From: Chlorokybus atmophyticus
Taxonomy: Eukaryota > Plantae > Mesostigma and Chlorokybus algae
Direction of reading: 5' to 3'
Length of the DNA stretch: 64,000 nt
NCBI GenBank assembly: GCA_009103225.1
Contig: RHPI01002048.1
Location: 1,141,906-1,205,905 of the forward strand
Below, piece after piece: positions 46,001 through 57,826 of this stretch (the first letter of the stretch is position 1; the number at the start of each line of letters is the position of its first letter). A model generated the notes under the pieces. The model was not told the origin of the DNA and searched no databases. It worked only from the letters and a program-made list of their open reading frames with translations. The position numbers and the translations under genes are program-made.

Positions 46001-48789
46001 TGCTTATGCTTGAATGTGCACGCACAAACATTGACACTAATGGTCGGGCTCATAGGCTGCAATGTTCAGTGCACACAACAGCCTATAACCCCGCCTCATA
46101 GGCACTTTTCAGTGCAGCCTATGAGGCGGACTCATAGGCTGCACTGAACAGTGCCTATGAGTGGGCCGTCGCACAGGCTGTTCATCGCAGCCTATGAGAC
46201 GGTCGCCGTAGTAGGGCGCACAGATGGCACTGACTAGTGCCGCTCATGAGAGTGGTTTGGCCACTTCATCGTTTCTTTCTTTGTCTGTACACATCAAGCA
46301 GCTACATGCAGCAACGCAACACACGCCAGGCATATGAGACGCGTGTGCATGCGTGCGTGTGTGTGTCTTTCGGGTTTCACATGTACATAGATACTATATG
46401 CGTACATGCAGCATGTGTGACACATGCTCACTCACATGTCCCCTATAGCTATAGAAACATTGCCAGCCTGCCGAGTGCCCATGATGCTGCAAGGCCAGTC
46501 GCATTGGTAATTTAGTAATGCTCCAGGGCATTACCGCTTGTGTGGTGGGGGAGGGCGGGAAGAGCCCAACGCTGCTGTTCAGAGGGCGCAAGACTGCCAG
46601 TCGGGGATGCTACAACGAGGTGCAGCAGCTGAACAACAGGTAAGCGGAGGGGAAAGGGGAGGGAAGGGCCGATATGTGCGCGCATACATGCATGCGCACG
46701 CGCATGCACACGGGCATGCGCGTGCAAGCATGCATGTCCTCTAAATCTGCCTTGCACTCTCTTATGGGCTCTTTGTCGCACGCGAACATATATACATTTG
46801 TTGGAATCGTGTTATCGAACAGTGATTGTCTCATAGGCGGCACGGTGCCGCAAGTTGTTGTAGGCTGGCTCATAGGCCGCACTATCCAGTGCCGCCTATG
46901 AGCCAGTTCTGCGTGTACACTAAGCACAAGAACAGCGTGCTTTGTGCCCCCCNNNNCCCCTCCTTTCTCCTTGCAGAGTTGCGCACACGCAACAGCTTGA
47001 AGCATGCGCACTGCGTGGCACACGCCCATGCGCTCACGCTCACGCGCACGCACACGTACAGGTACGCGGATTGCCCAAGCTGGCAATCAGCACCTGCTGC
47101 TGAGAACAGAGAAGTTGTAGTGCACGGCTCTGCATATGCAAGCACTACCTCGCCCCGCTGCTCGTGCTCTCTAGCTTCAAGGTGCGCTGATTGTGAATGT
47201 GCACGGCCAATTCTCCTATTGGGCTCATAGACTGCATGGTACACACAGGCGCATGCAAGCATGCAAGTGTTTTGGGTCACACACGCATGCACGTGCACAC
47301 ACAGTTGTTGGCAACTATGATAGTGCAGCCTCATAGGCTGCACTATCCAAGGCAGCCTATGAGGCTGGCTGATTAGGTATCGCTGGCTCATGAGCCGCAC
47401 TGACCAGTGCGGCCCATAGGCCAGCGCTACCAAATCAGTAGCTTCTGGAAGGTATAGGCGGCTGCAAGCGCCAGCTGCCTCGCATACATGCATGTGCCCG
47501 CAAGTGCACTTACTTCTTTGCACGCATACGCACACGCAGACATCAACAGTGCTGACAATTGCACGCTTGCCGCACCCATGCACAGTATTAGCTACACGCG
47601 CGTGCAGACCTCGCAAACCAGCCAAGGTGTGGCAGCAATGAACAGGGGTGAGCAGCGGGCACTAGACCGGGCCAACAGGTATGAGTTAGTTCTTTTGTCT
47701 ACATAACAAGATTACAAGTGTCATATTCTGAGTTTGCTGTTCAAAGGTTTCCATGTGTGCGTGCGCGCATGTGCTTATTGCGTTTGCATAGGTAGATGGT
47801 GTGTGCATGCTTGAGGATTTTCAGTTAGCTTGCAGATGTATATAGGTGTGTCGTTTTGGTTGTAGCGTCGCATACTAAAATCTATTGAGGTTATACATTT
47901 GTCCTTGTTTATTCGTATGTACCTGTGTGCTGTCGTAAGCATGAATGCTGCTGCATGCATATATGCTGTTACACTGCATGATGCGGAAATCAAGGGTTAC
48001 AACCTTATGGGTTGTGGTTGACTGCAACAGGGTCAGCATAAGATAGCTATAAGATAGCTGAGCATGCATGTTCTGACTCTGCCATCAGGCCATGATGAGC
48101 AGATGGCCCAACGAGCGTTTGCTGGTCGTAGCCTGGTCAGTGTTTGTGGCAACGGCGGCGGCGCCACAACTTGTGGCTCACAAGCCATGGCCTGGCCATG
48201 CTGGCCTGGTCGTCACCAGGCCAGCATGACCAGGCCTGCGGCGTGGCCTGGTCATGGTGCTCTTTGTGTAGAGTACCAGGCCGCCCGCCAGGCCACCAGC
48301 AGCGGCGGCCTAACCGCGGTCAGCTGCGGCTTAGTTGCTGCGGCTGACCGCAGTTAGCCATCAAAGCATAGTTACATTGCCGCACTTTTAACCATCATCG
48401 GTTTTTCTTCATGCTGGTCCGGCTGCAGCTGGCCCAAACGCATTCAACTTAATGACCGGCGGTCACGCCATGCATGAGTTTATGAAAACGCACCAGCCAT
48501 GGTCCGTCGCTTCGGACCATGGCTTTATTGACGTGCGACGCACTTCGTTCATCAATAATGGTCCATGCAAAGGACCAGCCTCGGTTTGAATTTTGTCGGT
48601 TCAACCGGCACTGGGGCTGGCCCGGTTTTTTGGGGGACCGTGGGACAATTACGTACTGTTTGGACCAGCCCTGGTCCCCGCGTGCAAACCAAGGCGGGCG
48701 ACCTTGGTCCGGACCCCAAGCCGCCCGGGCGTTTTGGCCCTGGTCCGTACGTGCGGACCAGGGCTGGTCTGTGGAAAAAATTCCGTGTG
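43081..48789. mobile_element. Non-autonomous derivative of the 10545-31567 CACTA family (5.7 kb)
   Basis: Left end CATAGGGCTTTTT homologous to 10545-10790; right end ...GGAAAAAATTCCGTGTG nearly identical to 31390-31567; 3-bp TSD TAG (43078-43080, 48790-48792); no coding motifs; interior rich in CATAGGC/GCCTATG dyads. Confidence 0.92.
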
Positions 48790-49249
48790 TAGGTTGTATA
48801 TGGTATGAGCAAGTTGTATTGTTTTGTTTATCTTGATTGCACTGGCAATGCAATCAAGATAAATGAAGCAGTACAACTTGTAGCCTACAAGTGCTGCTTG
48901 TGTGGGCAAATCACTACATGCTACATGCAAAATCGCATGGATTCAATGCATCATGTGGTATCATAAAACTTGTGTGGAAACAATGATCTTCAGCACACAT
49001 TGATGCGGATCCTGCATGGCCCAATGCAACGTCAGTAACATGTCCATCATCACTAGTCCATCATCACTAGTAGTACTTGCAGTGGGTATATACACATCAT
49101 ACTAGCAAACCGCATGACTTTCGTGCGACATGCCATTGCAGCACCTTTGCTGCCCAGTGTTACAGCACTGGCACTCCACAAGCCGTGGAGAGCATATAGC
49201 ACCGATCAGCTGTGCTTGCTGATATGCAGTGCGTTTTTGCAGTTTATCA

Positions 49250-49870
49250 CACCCAAGGCTATGTAGGCACAAGAGGAGACCTATGTATACGTGAGAGCGC
49301 ACCTCACAATCACTACACACGCTTACGAAATTGAAAACCCACAGAGTCTCTTTTTACTAACATAAGTAAGAAAAAGAGAATGACTTTTGCAAGCCGTATA
49401 GGCGTGCATTCCTCCCCACTTGCATTGCAACGACCACGTTGCAAAAATGCAACATTTGTTGCGCACAGCTACTGGCAAAGCTGGTCAAAGCCGCCAATAT
49501 GCTGCACTCCATGCATGAAAATAGTGCAAATCGTACATCCGACAGAAACCCACTCCGATGCTGAGTATCACTGTGCACTGTGTTGGTATGTCACATAAAG
49601 AGGTTGCATGCGTGCGTCCATGCTCTTACAGCTGAACACATGCTCTGAGCACAAGCTCAAATGGCACCTACGAGTTTAAGCTCATTCTCAACCTCGTCCA
49701 ACTTAGCAGCACAGTTTGCTAGATGGGACTCCCTTTCGGAAATGGGCTCTCAGATGTTATGTTCTTTACCAAAACCAAGCCAGTTCACCAAGTACTGGAT
49801 TCGAAAATTGTTGTTATATTTGCTGAATCATTTGCCAACAACGGCCTCGACATCATACTCGATATGGCTT
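49250..49870 (-). mobile_element. Second chromovirus 3' fragment (chromodomain + downstream), homologous to 38290-39010
   Basis: EYDVEAVVG..QYLVNWLGFGKEHNI*EP; shares cattcctccccacttgcattgcaacgacc.cgttgcaaaa with ~38468-38510. Confidence 0.8.
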
Positions 49871-50169
49871 TTAAGCGGGGCGGGGCGGGGCGGNNNNNNN
49901 NNNNNNNNNNNNNNNNNNNNNNNNNNNNNNNNNNNNNNNNNNNNNNNNNNNNNNNNNNNNNNNNNNNNNNNNNNNNNNNNNNNNNNNNNNNNNNNNNNNN
50001 NNNNNNNNNNNNNNNNNNNNNNNNNNNNNNNNNNNNNNNNNNNNNNNNNNNNNNNNNNNNNNNNNNNNNNNNNNNNNNNNNNNNNNNNNNNNNNNNNNNN
50101 NNNNNNNNNNNNNNNNNNNNNNNNNNNNNNNNNNNNNNNNNNNNNNNNNNNNNNGGGCGGGAGATGGAC

Positions 50170-50500
50170 TCCCTATACAAATACATATACATAGACATGA
50201 AATTAAAATTGAATATGGATGTAGATATATGTGGATATATATACATATATATGTATATATACACATATCGCTACATATATATATGCATGAATATATGTAT
50301 GTATGAATATATATGTATACACACTTATACTTATATATATGTATTTTTGTATATGTATATGAATGTATGGAAATATATATTTATGAATATATATGCATAC
50401 ACACGTACACGTGTATATACATATATGTATAAACAATATATCTACATATATGTATATACATATATATATACATATATATATATGTGTGTCTCTCTCTCTT
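50170..50500. repeat. Degenerate (TA)/(TATG) low-complexity tract beside an N gap
   Basis: TA/TATG-rich sequence after the gap at ~49894-50154. Confidence 0.9.
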
Positions 50501-52295
50501 TCTCGTTTTATAAAGAGCAGGAGAGAAAGAGTGAAAATAGACACAGAGAGAGCGCGCGCTACAATTCACACATTCTTGACAATCAACTTCATGAACTACG
50601 TGAAACATTCGTTCATTGCAATCTCGGATTTTGGTACATTATGCATTAACAATGCACTCCCCCACGGACATAAGAGGTTTTCCATCAACATTTAGGGCCA
50701 ATTTGATGAAGTTACGGTACTACGGTAGTGGCAAAGATTGACACCATCGAGACTCAAAGTGCCGGTTGCACCATGCGTTGCAGCCAAGGGCATCAAGGTT
50801 GCACCACCTATAACACAATATTCCAACGGTTCAAACATCGGAGTTCGGTGATCGGGCCATCGGCGCCCCTGATCACGTCGAGCACGCGCAGAGGAGTGTT
50901 CTGTACGGCAGCAGGACCATCACAAGATTCACAGTGCAATACATAGTAGGCCTGACCCTACCTACTAGTACGGCTGTGTTTTGGGCATTGCAGTGTACGA
51001 GAGTCGCTGTTGCGACGCAGCGTACCCTACGCTACGACTCGTAGGCCGCCCTACGAGCAGACGTGCATCATTCAAGGCTGTGGACGCTAGCGCTGGAAGC
51101 CTTGTAGGCATTAGGATGCAACGATTGTTGTAGCCATGTCTGACCATGTATTATACGGGCCATGTAGCTTTGTACTACAAGTGTAGTTGGCCCATATTGC
51201 CTGCGATGAATGTGTTGTTGCATAAAAGTACAGTACTTCGTGTACTTCTAATTTGAAAGTTCCAATTGCGGCCTTCAATGACGGTGGAATCCGGACAAGA
51301 TCATACGCCCCGCGGCTCCATGCGCGGCTCAATCGCTGTCTGACGGTCAGGTCCTGACCATAGTACGGTTTATACCCGTCGTATGACAGGTCGCGTAACC
51401 GGCGCGTTGCCCCCTTGGCGTACGGCTACCGTTGCATCGGAAGGCGACCGTGCCTCTGCCGGTTTCCGACCTTTCTGACAGCCAGCCCAGCAACCCGCGC
51501 AGGCAGCAGGTCTACACCAGGGAAGGTCGAGAGTCGCGAGTCGTCGGCAAAGCAGTGCAGAGCTTAAATCATGGAATGAGCGTCAAAGCTACAACCGGTC
51601 CCCCGCCCCGCGGCCCCTCAAACTTTGACAAAGAGATGACATGCTCAGACCGGTGCAGGCGGGGCACCTTTCGGTTTCGCCCGGTCTCCCATGTGACGGT
51701 TTTTCGCAGGCACGCTTGGCGTTACCACCGGACATCCTTGGGGTTTGTCCGAGGGAACTCGACGGGCCAGACCTCTGTAGCTAGCTTTGTCAGTGTCAGA
51801 TTATTATAAAAAAGTGTGGATATGCGCGTGCATGCAGCCTCCGATGAGGCGACCAGTCTGTAGGCCTAGCAGCGGTTTTGAGCGTAACGACTGCTGAGAG
51901 CGCAGTGCCTGTAGGAAGGGAGGAGGGGGAAGGCAAGGGGGAGCTAAGAGAGCTGTGCTTTGGGGAGCGGGGGTTGCAAGCTGGCGGCGGCCGCCATCGC
52001 CAACGCCCATCCTCGCGCCCATATCTAGCACGTGGCGCGCCCCCTTGGCCGCCCCCCGCCCCGCCCCGTGCGGATCGGATCAACACCTGGAGGGAGGGCG
52101 GGAAGGAGGGGCCTGGCAACGCCGCCGCTAAGAAGCAGGAGGACAGGGGCAGCGTGGATTAGCAGGAAGGCGCGCTCTCTCTGAATTGCGCCTAACCAAC
52201 CAGTAGTGCATGCTGGCAAGAATTACCCTGCTGCCCATTAGCTCCTGTAGGCTGTGCCAGCCAAGTGTATGGCCGTCGGGAAGCCGCGCGCCACA

Positions 52296-53881
52296 ATGGC
52301 CCCCGCTGTCAACGCCATCCCTTGCTCCGCCCCGTCCAACGACAACACAGACGCCATTGCAGCTGCTGCCGCCGCCGCAGCTGCCGCAGCTGCGGCGGCC
52401 GCCTCCCCCGGCTGCGGACACGCGTCCTCAACCAGCTCGAAAGTCAAGACCACATGGAGCGCAGAGGTCAGTGGTTGCTCCTGTGCTTGCTCTTGTGTTG
52501 CTGACCCACACTTAGCTACACTAGGAAGTGATTGTAGCAAAGCAGCTGCCTTGCATTTCTACTGTTTAGTTCCAACAACAACAACAACATCCCAATGCCT
52601 TGGCCTGCGAGAAAGTTGCGCCCGGTTTCAAAACAATATTGCTTAGCACACAACGCTACTAGTTGAACATCGTACTTGCCCACGAAGCTCAGAGCTAAGC
52701 ACGGATTGGGGGGCTATTGCCAGATGCTTGCATGGGTGTATGGGGGTAAGCAGCAGCTAGGCCGTAGGCCTCAACCCGGTTTGGGAGTTGGCTACAGGCA
52801 ATAGTAGGGGGGGGCTTGTTGTACACATTACTTTTTGCTTATTGCAAGCATACAAGTGCACAAAACTGTGCACTTGTGGTGATTGGAACAAGTGTTTCCT
52901 ATCCTTACACTATACCACTGCAGGAAGATGAGCTGCTGCGGGCGCTAGTGACGCAATACGGGCCGCGCAACTGGGGAATAATCGCCCGTGGCATTGCTGG
53001 TCGCTCCAGCAAGTCGTGTCGTTTGCGATGGTGCAACCAGCTCAACCCAGATGTAAAGCATGTAAAGAAGGAGCCCTTCACTGAGGAGGAGGACGCCCTC
53101 ATCCTGGAAGAACACCGCAAGCATGGCAACAAGTGGGCAACGATAGCCAGAGCACTGCCTGGCCGCACTGACAACCAGATCAAGAACCACTGGAACTCGA
53201 CACTGCTGCGGAAGTTTCCCACGGATGGTGCCACTAACAGCCCACTGCCTGCCGCCACTGGCTCTGAGTCGGACTCACAGCCCCCCAGCCTGGTTGGCTC
53301 AGACGCTGAACAGGCGACAACACGCAACGGCCCTCCTGCCAAAAAACAACGCGGTATGAGCCTGTGCTGGTCTGCAACACTACTGTACTTGCTGCCATGG
53401 TTGTTGTTCTGCTGGTGTGCAAACAAGGTCTCACATATCTTCTGTGATTGCAGTTGCTGTGAGTGAACCAGAAGCTTCAGCCCTTTCAGAAAGCAAGAAG
53501 GGCTTTCTACATAAAGCGCCCGGCACATCCGGGCGCCCTCCTGTAATAAAGATTGAGATACATGACCCCTCCATGGCCATGATGGACGCAGTGTCCTTTG
53601 ACTTAGGATCGGGGAGGGGCACATCCGCGCGGGCACAAAGCCCTGTCATGTGGCCTCTATTCGGCGCCTTCAGCCCCACCTACCCGTCGGAGACCCCCGG
53701 GGCGCTATGGCATGAGCAGTGCATGTTTTTCGGCAGCGGGCAAACGCCTGATGGACTCATGTCACCATCAATGCCGTCACCATTTGGTCTCGGTCACCTC
53801 CTCCAAACGCATCTTGATGAGAAGCTGTTCTCACCTGCGGCGTCCAGCCTTCCCATTAGTTGCCTTGCAGAAGACAAGTAG
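52296..53881 (+). CDS. R2R3-MYB transcription factor, 3 exons (52296[or 52269]-52466, 52924-53353, 53454-53881)
   Basis: Spliced KVKTTWSAE|EDELL..GRSSKSCRLRWCNQLNP..PFTEEEDALI..GNKWATIARALPGRTDNQIKNHWNST; canonical GT-AG introns in phase; RLRWCNQL resembles the MYB44/MYB1-like clade. Confidence 0.93.
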
Positions 53882-55515
53882 AAAACCGGTGCTTGTGAGG
53901 AGTCACCAGCCCTCCAGGAACCGTGGCGTCTCTGCTTGTAACATTATTGGCTGTCAGTGCGGGCACCCTGCCAGGGGCCGCACTGTCTCAAGTTGATAAG
54001 TTTGTGTAGTCGGGTGACTGTGACGCATTGCACTTGACTCAGTGCAGGTGGCAAGCGTCTCAGTGCCATATACATAGTAGACCTCAATTGTAGAAAGACG
54101 ATTCCAATCATAACGGCATTCGCCTTGTCAGCTTGCGTAGCAATTTTGTAGCCGAAGGCTGTAGGTTTTGGATATCCGCTGTTGAATACTGTCAGTTGCT
54201 TCGCTGTCTCTCTGCGCAGCAATGCATTGTGTTGCCAACCTGTGGTTGCAAATGAACCCATCTCATCGCAGGACTTTGATTGTTGTTTTGCGATATGTAG
54301 GTGTCACGCAATACGATGCTTGGGAATGATTGCGAACAAACACTAGGCACCTACCAGTGTGTGTACATATGTATACAGGTCACCTGTCAATGCGCACTGC
54401 TGCTCACACCCTACATACGCATGACAATCGCTCACATGTGCAGAACATGCTTGCCAGTGGCCACACCACAGCATGCTGTCCAGCACTGTGCTCATGCTGC
54501 CTTCTTGCAATCACCAAGGTTCACCTCCCATGCGTGCTTGCAGGGGAGCCGCCATCGGGCCTTGTACAGGAGGGGCCGCCGCCGCCGCCGCCACGGTTTA
54601 AGACCGCCATGGCTTTGAGCATGACAATCATTGAAAACATACCATGTGCGTCATGCCAGAAGACTGCATGCGCTAAGCCGGGTGTGGTGTGACCCAACAT
54701 GTGTACAGAGGAGGTATGCACGTGCATGCAATGCAGCACCACATTGCTTTCAATATTCCAGATACAATGTGAGCTAGATCAGTATTATCTAAACCAGATT
54801 CTGCTGCGTTGCTCATTAGCACAGCATGCCCACACCGAAATACATCACTACGAGCAGCACCGCACAGCACAACACGCATACAACCACTGCACTGCGCCTG
54901 CTTGACCACCCGGCCGGCATGCACTTCACACGCCCGGCGCTGCACTCTGCAGCATGTGCTCAGCACACAATGTCACTAGCAGCGAACAAGATGTTGGTTG
55001 CTCTGCCGGTAGTCTTGCAGCAATCCGCCTAGCAATCCTTTCTGAACACGACTCAAACCATGTACATATGTACATGGGTGTGTGCAGCGCACCGTGCTCC
55101 AATCCTTTTGGCGTGGCTGCACAGCAAGCAGTTTGTCCCACACACAGCCAATGTTGTTGTTTGCATACGTTTTCTGCTCGCAGAGACGCGCAGTTGCAAG
55201 CTCAGGTATGGTATGTTAGAGAACTGGCGATGTACATCACATAAACAGAGCATATGCACACCTGTATGCACAGCACATTGCTGACCATGGAACATATAAC
55301 GATGCAAAATTTACATGGAACTGCTGTGACAACCATGCCACAGCCACTTGCGTACTGCCTGTTGTGGAGGGGGGGGGGGGGGGGGGGGGGNNNNNNNNNN
55401 NNNNNNNNNNNNNNNNNNNNNNNNNNNNNNNNNNNNNNNNNNNNNNNNNNNNNNNNNNNNNNNNNNNNNNGGGGGGGGTGTTGACAACATGTTGCAACCT
55501 GCAGCTGATATTGAC

Positions 55516-57495
55516 TTAGTCTTCATCAGAATCTGCGCGTTCTCGGAAGCGAGGATTCCTCTCCTGTGCACACACACCAAACAGTGCTTACCTGATGATT
55601 CTGGCCAGTCCAACAGTGCATGCTCGCAACCAATATGCAGAGGTCAGAGAGACGATTGTACTGCTACATGTGCGGGAGCAGAGAATGCAGGAATGGCAAC
55701 AAGTTAGGCACAACAACTTACTGCTGCATCTGCCACTGGCCGTTGACGCTTGCTACCATCATCTGGCATCTCGACATCTGCATCGCGATATCGCTTGCGG
55801 CCTCCTGTTAACACGTGCAATGCGTAAACTACTGGGAGTACAGCTTGGCTTGCAAAACATAACGCTGGCATGCAGACTGATGCTCTATGCCGTTCATCAT
55901 CCAGCAGGCTCTGAAAATGTTTGCACACTCCTTCCACACAACCAGTGGAGCATTGTTGACTACGACATTGTTGACAAGGACCCAGCCTCAGCCATTGCTT
56001 GTTTGAATGTGGCAAATTGAAAGCAACAATATACCTTGTCTGTTATCCATATGCCGTGTCCCGCCTACCAAGCACCAGCAAGGAAGCAAACCGTCATGAA
56101 GGGCAGTCAAACCTAAAACCAAAATGCCATGCATTTTCCAATGGAGGGACGAACTTTTGAACACACCTCGCCCAGGTCGCGGGAACTGTGGCTGCATTGG
56201 CATGGGCATAGCAGGCATCTCGAGCATTGCATGCCGCGCCGCCAGCTCTTGCATGACCAGCTTGCCATAACCTCCCCTCCTTGCTGAGGAGTCAAGGCCA
56301 ACAGCAATGCACAACAAAGCCATAACACAAGATGCCCAACTGACTGCAGCAGCAAGAAACCGACAAGTTAAGCAGGATATCTTCATCATAGTCTGTCCGG
56401 TACTCGTCTCGTACCTACAAAAAAGGCCGATATGATCCTAACAGTGTCAACTCCGATAAAGCAATCTGTGTACTTCGTGCGATGTCTGGCTGTGTGAGTC
56501 ATCGCACAAAGTACACAGATGACTCACACAGCCAGACATCGCACCCAATCAAGATGCATGCAACAGAGTAAGCACCTGTCCTCCACTTCGGCCACGGCCG
56601 TACTGCCGGCCTTCCTGAAAACCCCAATCAAAGTCAACTCGAATAGGCCGATCGTCAACGATGGTGCCATTCAGGTATCGCACGCAATCTTCTGTGTCGG
56701 CCCGCGTGTAGTAGATGACGAACGCAAAGCCACATGGCGTAAGACGCGTCTTGTCCAGTCCCATTATTACGCGACGAGCCTCGCCGGCCTTCGCAAACAC
56801 CTCAAGAAGCTGCTCCTCTGTGGTATAGAAGCTGAGGTTGCCAACGTACACGGTGCATGTTGTCCGCAGGCATTCGTCAAACTCCTCCTGCGTTCCAGGA
56901 AACCGCCTATCCCGGTATTGCGACAAAGGTGCCAGCGACTGCGGCATATCAGGCAAAACAAGATTGTCAGCCAAAGTTGCACTGGTCAACAAGCATCATG
57001 GTGATTTGGTTTGCTTGCTTTATGTGGCCGGCATATGGTGCACATGTCACCAAATGTTACCAATTGATGATTGACTTCATGCACACATTGGTTTTGCGGG
57101 CCTTGTCGGCAAACCAACAAATTATAACTATAACTTAATCCATAAACCTGATTAAAAAATAAGCAGCACATCAGCCCCTACAACAACGCAATCAGCCACA
57201 AAGACCCAAAACTTGGCAATGTCCACTGTGACAATAAGACCGTGGCTGGGAGCTAGCCGGTGCTCTCGCGATCCACAAAGGCTACAACGCGTACGTTTGA
57301 CCACAAGTGGATGTTCCGTAAGAAGACAATGGATGACCCCCAGCTCTACGTGCTACATTGCTTCGACAGTCCGCGCATAGGCCACACCAAACACCAGCTT
57401 GGCCAATGCTGGAACATTGCCAGCATGCAAACTTTGACAAGACTCTTCCACAACGTAAACTCCAACTCAATGCGCACCTGCAGCAGGCTAGCCAT
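55516..57495 (-). CDS. NCBP2: Nuclear cap-binding protein subunit 2 (CBP20), 6 exons: 57495-57478, 56938-56576, 56414-56381, 56280-56167, 55804-55722, 55563-55516
   Basis: MASLLQ|[70 protein letters not shown]|[11 protein letters not shown]|GRGGYGK..GRKRYRD..|[15 protein letters not shown]. Confidence 0.95.
56281..56380 (-). other. U12-type (minor spliceosome) intron, 5' ATATCCTG, branch CCTTGAC, 3' end AA (alternatively AG at 56284)
   Basis: No GT donor is available at the exon end; ATATCCT is the U12 donor consensus; CCTTGAC at 56297-56291; the AA acceptor restores the conserved DYDxGRGGYGK. Confidence 0.88.
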
Positions 57496-57826
57496 GACTG
57501 CTACGCCCGCCGATTTATAGCAGCAACAGTCAATTCAGCGGCGGTAGAGAGAAGGTAATAAGCTGAGACAAATCTCGCCTTCCTCCATGCTTGAACCACA
57601 TGCAGGCTTAAAGTAACAACAACCTTCAGCAGCCCCGTCGACGCCTACACCACCGCCGACACCGCCGCCGCCGCCGTAGTTTAGACCAGAGTTTGGCACT
57701 TCAGGCAACGAGTGGCAGGCAGCAAGCAATAGAAGGTAACGATGCGTCAAGCGGATTAGACGGCTGCTACCGGCAAATTTAGCCTGCGGCATTGCGGCGG
57801 TGGTGGCGGCGGCGGCGTGGGCCGTC

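Noticed and set aside
49661-50695. Long ORF-track entries spanning N gaps and TA tracts
   Set aside because: Artefacts of unknown bases and low-complexity sequence.
42720-50835. TCCAACGG (MSA-like MYB3R sites) at ~42732 and ~50822
   Set aside because: Isolated short matches within repeat-derived DNA, not clustered at a gene start.
53900-55500. Cys-rich short ORFs between MYB and NCBP2 as RING/zinc-finger genes
   Set aside because: Cys/His richness reflects TG/CA-rich sequence; no complete finger or consistent exon chain; likely 3' UTR or intergenic.
55988-56389. [13 protein letters not shown] read as a GNAT acetyltransferase motif A
   Set aside because: It is the conserved GRGGYGK segment of CBP20 downstream of the U12 intron.
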